Shown in pieces: positions 56,401-64,000 of a stretch of DNA of 64,000 bases. This DNA comes from a virus (lineage: Duplodnaviria; Caudoviricetes), in the IMG/VR virus record IMGVR_UViG_3300020197_000017, positions 4,793 through 68,792 of that record. The stretch is one strand, 5' to 3'. The stretch's first letter is position 1. The number at the start of each line of letters is the position of its first letter. A program made the position numbers and the translations under genes. The notes under the pieces were generated by a model. The model was not told where the DNA came from, made no database searches, and saw only the letters and a list, made by a program, of their open reading frames with translations.

Positions 56401-57576
56401 ATGACCACCGCGAGGCGGGCACACCGCGGGAGCTCCAGCAGCGGACCTCCCAGCGGCGCGATCATCCTGGCGGGGAAGATCATCGACGTCGATCCCCTCC
56501 GCTGGACGTGCATCGTCCGCACGGAGGGGACAGACGTCTCCAAGGTCCTGTACGACGTCCCGCTCGGCGGTAGCTACCTGCACCTGCTGAACGGGGAGGG
56601 CATGTATGTCATGCCCGACATCGGCGCGCTGGTGCAGGTCTGCGAACCGAGCGAGGGGGACTCGCCACCCTTCATCGTCGCGTACCGCCCCTATCCGAGC
56701 CGCTCCGTCGCCACCTCGAGCGACGAGAACAAGCCGTCGGCGACGAACAACCGCCCGCGCATGGGCCCCGGCGACATGGCCATCTTCGGCCGAGACCGGA
56801 ACGGCCTGTTCGTTCGGCGTGGCCAGGTGACGGAGATCTTCGGCGGCCCTCTCGCGCGCACGCTTTACCTCGGACGCACGAGCACGATCCACTCGATCTG
56901 CCAGGTGGCGAAGCTCGACGTGTTCGGCGGGTCTGCCCGCTGGGAGGTCGACCGCCCGGAGTCGGACCCGGACGGTCACCAGGCGACGCGACTCGACCTG
57001 AAGATGAAGGAGTACGCGGACGACCGGGCCTACGCAGCGCGTCTGCAGGTGGGTGGGTCCCTCGACGCCACGACTGAGGGTGCGGTTGATGGAGAGGCCG
57101 GCGAGAGCGGCGCACCTCCGGACAGCGTCGAGCTCGCGGGCCCGGTTGTCCGCCTCCGCGTCTACGAGGACGGGGACGTCGAGGAGGCGGACCTCACAGC
57201 AGCCTCGTCCCTCGCGATCAACAAGGGTGGAGAGATCGAGCTCACCACGAAGGGCAAGACCGTCATCAAAATCCTCGGGAGCAGCACCGTCACGCTGACG
57301 GTCAACACCGATGGTACGGTCACTCTGGACGCGGACACCTCCGTCACCACCACGGCAGCGGGGCTGGCAGTCACGCACACCGGAGACAAGGTGAAGGTGG
57401 GGAACGGGACCGCGCGCGCTCTCTTCGACCTGAGTTTCAGCGCCGACGCAGCGGCTGCCTGGACCGAGGTCTCCGCGCTGGCGAAGGCGCTCGGCCTGCC
57501 CTCCACGAATATCGACAAGCACGCTGCCTCCCTCGGCGCGCAGGCCTACACCGCGCAAAAGCTGGAGACGGACTGA
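56401..57576 (+). CDS. Baseplate central spike (gpV/gp5-like OB fold plus beta-helix)
   Basis: GKIIDVDP..WTCIV...GMYVMPDIGALVQV...PFIVAY; Thr/Val-rich beta C-terminus. Confidence 0.65.
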   Translation: MTTARRAHRGSSSSGPPSGAIILAGKIIDVDPLRWTCIVRTEGTDVSKVLYDVPLGGSYLHLLNGEGMYVMPDIGALVQVCEPSEGDSPPFIVAYRPYPSRSVATSSDENKPSATNNRPRMGPGDMAIFGRDRNGLFVRRGQVTEIFGGPLARTLYLGRTSTIHSICQVAKLDVFGGSARWEVDRPESDPDGHQATRLDLKMKEYADDRAYAARLQVGGSLDATTEGAVDGEAGESGAPPDSVELAGPVVRLRVYEDGDVEEADLTAASSLAINKGGEIELTTKGKTVIKILGSSTVTLTVNTDGTVTLDADTSVTTTAAGLAVTHTGDKVKVGNGTARALFDLSFSADAAAAWTEVSALAKALGLPSTNIDKHAASLGAQAYTAQKLETD

Positions 57577-58328
57577 TGGCGGTCAGCGAGAACTCCCTGC
57601 GCAAGGCGCTGATCGCGGCGATGGAGCAGTACACTCCGGGCTTCGCCGAGTGGAGCGCGGAGGAGAAGCGCCGGTACAGGACCGGCTATGCGCAGGCGCT
57701 CGCCACGTGGCTCTTCGACGCGATCAAGGAGGCGCAGGTCCCCGTGACCGCGGCCCCCGTGACCAGCGTGTTCAGCCGCTCAGGCGACGTTTCCGCGCAG
57801 TCAGAAGACTACGCCGAGTTCTACCAGCCCCTCGGGGAACCACAAGTTATCTACTACGCGAGCCTGGAGTGGAAGTCTGCGGACCTGTCGGCGCAGTGCG
57901 ACGGAGCGACAATCACCTTCGACCTGCCCGAGACCCCGGCCGCCGCGACCACGGTGCGCCTGTACTGGAACGGACAGCGGCTGATCCCCGGGCGAGACTT
58001 CACCGTCGCCGGGGCGCTGGTCACGCTGGACGCATTTTCGTTCATCCCCGGCGCGGGGCAGGCACTGGAAGCCGAGTACGGGATCACCGGACCGAACGCG
58101 GTGCTGAAGTCGTCCGACCTGTCCGAGCAGTGCGACGGGGAGACGCAGGTCTTCGTGCTACCCGAGCCCGCTGTCACCGGTTCCATGCGCGTCTACCGGA
58201 ACGGTCAGCGGCTCCTAACCGGCGTTGACTTCGCGGAGGCAAGCGCATCGACATTTGAGCTACTGGAGGGCTTGACCCCTTCCGCCCTGGAGAGCATCGA
58301 GGTAGAATACATCGTCGCCGTGACGTAG
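57576..58328 (+). CDS. Virion protein with two fibre-type beta domains
   Basis: Internal duplication DLS.QCDG.T..F.LP...R.Y.NGQRL..G.DF; PVTSVFSRSGDV fibre motif. Confidence 0.65.
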   Translation: MAVSENSLRKALIAAMEQYTPGFAEWSAEEKRRYRTGYAQALATWLFDAIKEAQVPVTAAPVTSVFSRSGDVSAQSEDYAEFYQPLGEPQVIYYASLEWKSADLSAQCDGATITFDLPETPAAATTVRLYWNGQRLIPGRDFTVAGALVTLDAFSFIPGAGQALEAEYGITGPNAVLKSSDLSEQCDGETQVFVLPEPAVTGSMRVYRNGQRLLTGVDFAEASASTFELLEGLTPSALESIEVEYIVAVT

Positions 58329-58377
58329 GAGTCGGAAGCGGCACGCTCGCTTTTACCCCTCACGCTCGGAGCCTACC

Positions 58378-59721
58378 GTGCCTCTCCAGTTTGTCACCGA
58401 CCAGTACACCGACAGCAGCGTCACCACCAGCAAACTCGCCGACGCCTCCATCACGGGCGCCAAGCTCGCCGCCGACGCGAAGGCCAGCGCACTCCAGTCG
58501 AAGCTGGTGGGCCGCTGGGTCCAGGTCGCGGAGCAGGCGAGCCCTTCCGCAAGCACGATGAACGTCAAGACCCTGCTGGGCTTCGACAGCGCCGCGGGCG
58601 TGGACCCCGAGGGTGTCGCCAAGGGCAAGGATGCTCTCCTGGAAGCGGCGAACGGCAACGAGTTCAACACCACGACCGGCAAGGTCGGTGCGAACGCTCG
58701 CGCCCGCAGCAGCAAGGTGCCCATCATGGACGCGAGCGGCGATGCCATCGTGGACAGCGTCGGTCGCGAGGTCTGGGGCGTGATCTCCTGTTCCGCCCGC
58801 ACCACGGCGGGCAGCTACACCCTCCGCTTCTTCAGCGGCGAGTTCGGCAGCGGGACCGAGATCGCCTACACGATGGCATCGCCGTTCGTCTTCGCCTACG
58901 CGCAGATTTTCGACCTGAACGACATGCCGGTCTGGGATGACGCGACCGTCGCCATGGTTGACAAGTCGGCCGCGCAGCTCGCCGCCGGGCAGATCGTCAC
59001 CAGCCTCCTGGCCGCCGACGCCGTCACCAGCGCCAAGCTCTCGTCCTCCGCTGCCGATGACTCCGCCCGCGCCGTGTCCACGAACCACGTCAAGGACTCC
59101 GCGATCTCGTCCACGAAGATCGCGAACGGCGCGGTCGTGGCCGGGAAGTACGCGGCGGGTAGCATCGCCAACGCCGACATGGCCGACTCTGCCGTGAGCG
59201 GCGCGAAGATCGCCAACGGCGGCGTCAGCGCCGGGAAGTACGCTGCGGGCAGCATTGCCACGGCTGACATCGCGGATGACGCGGTGGACGCGGGCAAGCT
59301 GAAGGACAGCGTGGCTACCGATGCCGACCGCGCCGTGACCACGAACCACATTCGCAACCTCGCGATCACGAACGATAAGATCGCCTCGAGCACCATCGGC
59401 GCGGGTAAGTTCGCGGCTGGTGCCATCACGACCGGCGACCTCGCCAACGACGCCGTGACCCTCGCCAAGATCGGTGCCCGCGCGAAGGCCGAGTCGCTGG
59501 ACGGCGGCAACGCCACGAAGCACGCGCTGGTGAACGTGGTCCCCGCCGCACACTACCCGGGTATCCATGCCTTCCGCAACGGGCAGCGTGCCAGGTTCGT
59601 CACGGGCGTCCCGGCCAGCATCGACGAGTACCGCGTGATCGAGGAGGGCGGCGCCACGAAGATCGAGTGGGGCGCGTCTATCCCCGCCGGGCAGACCGTC
59701 CAGATCGACTACATGGTATAG
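58378..59721 (+). CDS. Fibre protein with 10-residue D-x-A-V-T-x-A-K-L-A type repeats
   Basis: Repeats DSSVTTSKLA, DASITGAKLA, DAVTSAKL, DAVTLAKI; C-terminal FRNGQR domain. Confidence 0.75.
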   Translation: MPLQFVTDQYTDSSVTTSKLADASITGAKLAADAKASALQSKLVGRWVQVAEQASPSASTMNVKTLLGFDSAAGVDPEGVAKGKDALLEAANGNEFNTTTGKVGANARARSSKVPIMDASGDAIVDSVGREVWGVISCSARTTAGSYTLRFFSGEFGSGTEIAYTMASPFVFAYAQIFDLNDMPVWDDATVAMVDKSAAQLAAGQIVTSLLAADAVTSAKLSSSAADDSARAVSTNHVKDSAISSTKIANGAVVAGKYAAGSIANADMADSAVSGAKIANGGVSAGKYAAGSIATADIADDAVDAGKLKDSVATDADRAVTTNHIRNLAITNDKIASSTIGAGKFAAGAITTGDLANDAVTLAKIGARAKAESLDGGNATKHALVNVVPAAHYPGIHAFRNGQRARFVTGVPASIDEYRVIEEGGATKIEWGASIPAGQTVQIDYMV

Positions 59722-59724
59722 CGC

Positions 59725-60090
59725 GTGGTCGCCGTCCGTCTGCGTGCTCCGGATGGCACCGAGAGTGTCCAGCTCGCGGAGAGCATCGGACCCTGTCCGT
59801 TGCTCTCCGACAACGTGCTACTGCGCGGCATCCAGGGGGTCGTCGAGGAAGCCTTCCCCCGGCTTGTCGTGCGCGATTGGAGCATCCGCCGGTCGGTCGT
59901 TGTCTCCTACAGCGTGGGCGACATGCTGCCCCTGCGCATGAGCGTCCCCGGCGGCTGGGAGCCCGGCGGCCCAGAGGCCCCGGGATTGTCGCCCGGCGTG
60001 GAGACCTCCACGCCGGGCGCCCCCGTGGGCATGAATACGCCCGTGCAGGGAGGCACGGGTGAGAAAGGCAGACGCCGAGAACGTCGCTGA
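59725..60090 (+). CDS. Hypothetical protein
   Basis: 121-aa ORF 3 nt after the fibre gene. Confidence 0.5.
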   Translation: MVAVRLRAPDGTESVQLAESIGPCPLLSDNVLLRGIQGVVEEAFPRLVVRDWSIRRSVVVSYSVGDMLPLRMSVPGGWEPGGPEAPGLSPGVETSTPGAPVGMNTPVQGGTGEKGRRRERR

Positions 60091-60129
60091 CGCGCGTAGG
60101 ATCGTGAGCAACTGACAGTACGGGCGCGA

Positions 60130-60366
60130 GTGCCCGGCGTGGTCCCGTCGTGGGTCGCGACGCTCGCGGATCACATCTCGTCGGGTAGGATGGGCGTGGA
60201 GACTGCTTTGACCCGCATCGCTGGGGCGAACCGTTTTTCTGGCTCTGCGCGCCTGTCCAGGAGTAGTCCCGTGCTGATCGTCGCCTTCCTTGCTTGCGCC
60301 CAGCGTTATGCCGTTCGCGACGCGACCACCTACGCGACCGAGATCGCGGCACTGCGGGCGCTATAG
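60130..60366 (+). CDS. Hypothetical protein
   Basis: 78 aa; stop overlaps the GTG of the CsrA-like gene. Confidence 0.45.
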   Translation: MPGVVPSWVATLADHISSGRMGVETALTRIAGANRFSGSARLSRSSPVLIVAFLACAQRYAVRDATTYATEIAALRAL

Positions 60367-60551
60367 TGGGCCGCCTGACCCTGACCCTGAAGACCGGGGA
60401 GGCGATCCTGTTGACGGGCCCCGACGGTCGCCTCGTGGAGGTCTTTGTCGCGAGGGCCGACTCGGGGCGGGTCTCGCTCGCCGTGACCGCGCTCGACGAC
60501 GTGAAGATCCAGCGCCGACCCGCGCCCCAGACCGAGCCCGGGAAAGGATAG
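60366..60551 (+). CDS. csrA: CsrA/RsmA-like RNA-binding translational regulator
   Basis: LTLTLKTGEAILL...VEVFVARADSGRVSLAVTALDDVKIQR aligns by eye with the CsrA pattern LILTRxxGE...V.V.V......V.IGV.AP..V.V.R. Confidence 0.7.
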   Translation: MGRLTLTLKTGEAILLTGPDGRLVEVFVARADSGRVSLAVTALDDVKIQRRPAPQTEPGKG

Positions 60552-60593
60552 GCGACCTGCCATTGCCGCCCGGCGATCACCTTCCCTGAAAAA

Positions 60594-60788
60594 GTGAACC
60601 AGCTCGGGGAGGTCGGCTACTACTCCAGGGTGAGCACGGAGGCTCATATGGAACTTGAACGCGATGGCATCGAACTGTGCGCTGACTGCATGATCGCCGC
60701 CGTGAACGGCGACTTCCCCGTTGTCGCCGGGGAAGTCGCCGAGGGCACTGCGGGGCTCCAGCTCCTGGTACGATGGGCGGGCGGGTGA
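60594..60788 (+). CDS. Small hypothetical protein (start may be ATG 60648)
   Basis: GGAGG upstream of ATG 60648; CADC motif. Confidence 0.4.
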   Translation: MNQLGEVGYYSRVSTEAHMELERDGIELCADCMIAAVNGDFPVVAGEVAEGTAGLQLLVRWAGG

Positions 60789-60884
60789 AGGAGATCGTCC
60801 AGAACGCCGCCCTCGTCCCCGCCCTGGTGTGAGCCAGAACTGCCCCCTCCTGTTATCCTGCTGCTTGCTACGCGAGGTCCCTCG

Positions 60885-63800
60885 ATGCATGAACCCCTTC
60901 TGATCCAGCTCAAGACCTCCGACGACCTCTTCGCCACGAAGGTCGCGTCGGCGATCTCGCGTATGCCGGACGACGAGAAGAAGTGGCCCGCGCACATCTT
61001 CTCCGAGCTGCAGAAGGAGAACCCCTTCCTCACGCGGTACGACATCGAGATCGTCCTCGACCGGATGGACCCCGAGGCCGGCGGCGCGCTGGGCTACGCG
61101 CAGGTCCAGAACCGCACGATGTCGCGCCCCCAGGACAACCTCCCGAACGCGGGCAACGTCCTCCGCATCCCCATCGTCGTGGAGAACCGCCGCCTTCAGA
61201 AGTTCTACATCTTCGAGGCGGGCGGCCAGGTCTACCCGCTGACCGAGGAGCGCATCCAGCAGGCCATGCTGAACCCGGCGATCTTCGACACCGACGCCAC
61301 CAGCATGCCGAGCTCGCCCGGGCTGCTGGACTCGCTCTACCCGCCCTACCAGCAGCGCAACGGCTTCGGCCGCGTCACCGAGCCGGCGATGGGCCTCAAC
61401 AAGATCAGCGCGGCGCCCATCCCGCTGGCTGGTGCCGCCACCAAGGTCGGGGGGCCGGCACTTGTAGGTACGCCGAGACTCGTAGGCTCCATGACGCGCG
61501 AGGAGCTGCTGGCCGAGAAGGAGCGTGTCGAGCAGCAGCTCGCGAGCCGCACGGCGACGCTTCCGGGGGCTGCGGGAGGCGCCTTGGGGATGGGCATCGC
61601 CTCTCACTTCGGTCCGCGTCTTGGCGCGGCAGACCTTCCGATCGCTCTCGGCTCGATGGCACTGGGTGCGGCCGCGGGACACTATGGGTTCAGGTCAGGC
61701 TTGAAGTCTCGACTGGGGCGGATCGAGGAGCGTCTTCGAGAAGCTGGGCCGGAGAAGGCCGCCGAGCACACCCCGACCCCCGTGCCGGACGCCGTCGCAT
61801 CCTCACTGGCCCCCGTACTCTCGACGCTCTTCGCGCTCCACCAGCTCTACTACTTCGCCCACTGGACCAGCCAGGGCGAGGCGTCGTACTCAGACCACCA
61901 GCTCTTCACGCGCCTGTACGAGGGTGTGCGGGAGGAGTTCGACAGCGTGGCGGAGCGCATCGTCGGGCACGGTGGCAACCAGAGCCTGGACCCCGGCACG
62001 ATCTTCGCCGAGGCCTCCGCCCGCTCCCAGCAGTGGATGCAGGGCGCGGGCAGCATCTTCGAGGCGGCGCTCATCGCTGAGGGAGAGCTCCAGGCAACCC
62101 TGTTCGAGGCCTACAGCTCCCTCGACCAGGGCGGCGGGCTCTCCCTTGGGATCGACGACCTGCTGATGGGCATCGCGAGCACGCACGAGACGAACCAGTA
62201 CCTACTCAAGCAGCGCGATCCGTCCGCGGCGGCCCCGCCTGCCGCCACGCAGGAACAACCAGTTCCCCAGATCGCCGATGCGATGCAGCCCGCACCGACC
62301 GCTCCGGACCCACAGACGGTCCCGGCAGCGCAGCCCATGCCGATGTCACCGGCGATGCCCGCTGGCGAGAAGGGCGCCGCGGTCTTCGGAGCCAGCCACC
62401 CCGGACGTGACTACCTCGCCTCTGCCGCAGTCAGCCAAGGTGATCGGGAGAAGGCGGTCATCGACTACGGCAGGAAGAAGGCGAAGGAAAAGCAGACTGA
62501 TCTCGGTACCGCGCTGACGACCGGCGGGGGTGTCGGCGGTGGACTCGGCCTCCTCACGGGAGCTCTCGCAGGAATGCACGGCGGGCGCGGGCACGGGCTC
62601 CGCGGGGCCGCGCTGGGGGCTGTGGTGGGCGGTCTCGGCGGCGCGCTCATCGGCGGGGGCATGAAGGCATCCGATGACGCGGCCATCGCAAAGTGGAAGC
62701 GAGTCAACACCGCAGGACCGGCGGCGGAGAGGGACGAGGCACACCAGGCGATCCGGCATGCGATCGAGGGCGTCGCTGGCGAGGAGCGGCGCCACCGGCA
62801 TGCTCTCCAGGCCGCGGTCATCTCCAACGCGCTTCGTCCTGCACGGACGGAGCACCACTACCACTACGGCGACCGCTCGTCGTCGTCGTCGTCGTCCCCG
62901 GCCGCCCCGCAGAAGTACAAGTGCGCGTACTGCGGTACGGGTACTGTCGGGAACACCGGTCACTGCTCGAGCTGTGGGGCGCCCATGTCCGAAGCATCCA
63001 AGATGGCGAGCATCCGTGCCTTCTTCGTGAAGGAGGCGCTCACCGGAGCAGAGCTGCAGGCACGGGAAGCGGCCCGTCGTGCGGCCCAGGCGCCTGCGGT
63101 TGCCGTAGAGAACTCGCAGAGGCTGGCCCCGGCGCAGCTGGCGCGTGCGCAGCAGGCACAAGCAGCGCAGGAGGCGCAGGCGGCGGCACAGCACAACGCT
63201 GCGCAGGAGGCTCGGCGTGCACAGGTCTCTCGAGCTGTGAACGAGTGGGGGGAGCATGTAAAGAAGAACCCTTCTCCGGCGCACATCAACACGGGTCAGG
63301 ACATCGCGGCTGCCTATGACGGACATTGGACCGCGGAGCCCACGGCACCTCGACCGGCTGCACCGACGCCAGCCGCTGCGACCCCGCAGATCTCTCACGC
63401 ACCAGCGGTGCAGCAGGCCGCGGATGCGGGTGCCGCGCAAGTCCGGAGGGGCAAGACGGTCATTTCCGCGAGGGAGCTAACAGGTAGCGCGAAGGAGCTA
63501 CGTGCACACGCCGCCGCCGCTGCTGCCGCAGGCGATGCTGACAAGGCGCAGCGTCTGAACCGCGTGGCCGATCGATACCAGAAGCTCCAGGACCGTGTCC
63601 ACAGTCGGCAGCCGGCTGCGACCCCGCAGATCTCCGACGTTGCACCTGCAGCACCGTCTGCGCCTGCAGCAGCACCTCCGAAGCCGGTACCACCGCCTGC
63701 AGCACCCGTGCACACGCCTGCGCCCGTTCACACGCCTGTGCCGGCAGCGGCGGCGTCGCACGCGGCCCCGGTTGTTGCGGAGGCCGCGCACGCGGCGGCG

Positions 63801-63959
63801 CCTGCTGCAGGTGGGTTCGCCAGGCACCTGACCAGGCGCAATGCCGTGCTCGGGGCTGGGGTCGCGGCTGCTGGGGCTGCCGGGGCTCTTGGCATCCGTC
63901 ACTTCCTCAAGAAGCGCAACCCCGAGCCCGCGCCGCAGCCGACCCTGGGAGGTCGCTGA
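60885..63959 (+). CDS. Modular 1024-aa protein (putative polyprotein): N-terminal domain, Gly-zipper segments, Dps/ferritin-like domain, Zn ribbon, Pro/Ala linker, C-terminal anchor
   Basis: HWTSQG..SYSDHQLF..LY......DSVAERIVGHGG is the Dps signature (~61806-62216); CAYC...CSSC; modules bounded by K-x-A/S motifs. Confidence 0.8.
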   Translation: MHEPLLIQLKTSDDLFATKVASAISRMPDDEKKWPAHIFSELQKENPFLTRYDIEIVLDRMDPEAGGALGYAQVQNRTMSRPQDNLPNAGNVLRIPIVVENRRLQKFYIFEAGGQVYPLTEERIQQAMLNPAIFDTDATSMPSSPGLLDSLYPPYQQRNGFGRVTEPAMGLNKISAAPIPLAGAATKVGGPALVGTPRLVGSMTREELLAEKERVEQQLASRTATLPGAAGGALGMGIASHFGPRLGAADLPIALGSMALGAAAGHYGFRSGLKSRLGRIEERLREAGPEKAAEHTPTPVPDAVASSLAPVLSTLFALHQLYYFAHWTSQGEASYSDHQLFTRLYEGVREEFDSVAERIVGHGGNQSLDPGTIFAEASARSQQWMQGAGSIFEAALIAEGELQATLFEAYSSLDQGGGLSLGIDDLLMGIASTHETNQYLLKQRDPSAAAPPAATQEQPVPQIADAMQPAPTAPDPQTVPAAQPMPMSPAMPAGEKGAAVFGASHPGRDYLASAAVSQGDREKAVIDYGRKKAKEKQTDLGTALTTGGGVGGGLGLLTGALAGMHGGRGHGLRGAALGAVVGGLGGALIGGGMKASDDAAIAKWKRVNTAGPAAERDEAHQAIRHAIEGVAGEERRHRHALQAAVISNALRPARTEHHYHYGDRSSSSSSSPAAPQKYKCAYCGTGTVGNTGHCSSCGAPMSEASKMASIRAFFVKEALTGAELQAREAARRAAQAPAVAVENSQRLAPAQLARAQQAQAAQEAQAAAQHNAAQEARRAQVSRAVNEWGEHVKKNPSPAHINTGQDIAAAYDGHWTAEPTAPRPAAPTPAAATPQISHAPAVQQAADAGAAQVRRGKTVISARELTGSAKELRAHAAAAAAAGDADKAQRLNRVADRYQKLQDRVHSRQPAATPQISDVAPAAPSAPAAAPPKPVPPPAAPVHTPAPVHTPVPAAAASHAAPVVAEAAHAAAPAAGGFARHLTRRNAVLGAGVAAAGAAGALGIRHFLKKRNPEPAPQPTLGGR

Positions 63960-64000
63960 TGTCCGAGCTCACCACGGACCAGCGCAACAACCTCGGTGAG
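63959..64000 (+). CDS. Start of the next gene, truncated by the window edge
   Basis: GGAGG then ATG overlapping the stop: MSELTTDQRNNLGE. Confidence 0.6.
   Translation, partial: MSELTTDQRNNLGE

Larger units (their letters stand above)
1..64000. mobile_element. Segment of a large tailed bacteriophage genome (jumbo-like, probably myovirus morphology)
   Basis: Portal, baseplate J-like, gp25-like, spike and fibre genes; complete phage-type replisome and recombination set; own multisubunit-type RNAP; dense gene packing with ATGA/GTGA overlaps; no housekeeping operons. Confidence 0.95.

Noticed and set aside
1-64000. Alternative genetic code or stop-codon reassignment
   Set aside because: The standard code gives full-length genes and tight packing with TAG, TGA and TAA all used as stops

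Overview
This window reads as part of a large, GC-rich, tailed (probably contractile-tailed) bacteriophage genome, not a cellular chromosome. Layout: (1) + strand 1-25699, baseplate/tail block (gp25-like, a 2210-aa baseplate-J-like protein, 758/1609/~2010-aa structural proteins) with one embedded antisense Zn-finger gene and a GNAT-like gene; (2) - strand ~25836-43313, replication/recombination block (RusA, UvsY-like, Cas4-like exonuclease, Hjc-like nuclease, RecA, HU, MazG-like, DUF3310-like, family A DNA polymerase, probable SSB, primase, DnaB, family 4 UDG, SF2 helicase); (3) + strand 43392-48773, head genes including a portal; (4) a small - strand island 48767-49669; (5) + strand 49721-64000, a single-chain fused beta-beta' RNA polymerase, spike and fibre proteins, a CsrA-like gene and a 1024-aa modular protein with a Dps-like domain. 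The most interesting signal is a recurring K-x-A(S) motif and a shared N-terminal leader in several otherwise unrelated + strand proteins. I infer a capsid-targeting and protease-maturation system for cargo, including an apparent polyprotein and a PLC/P1-nuclease-like zymogen. A candidate phage promoter motif (ATAAG) precedes several - strand units. All assignments come from motif recognition by eye; no searches were run. No rRNA, tRNA, CRISPR array, terminase, major capsid protein or integrase was recognised.
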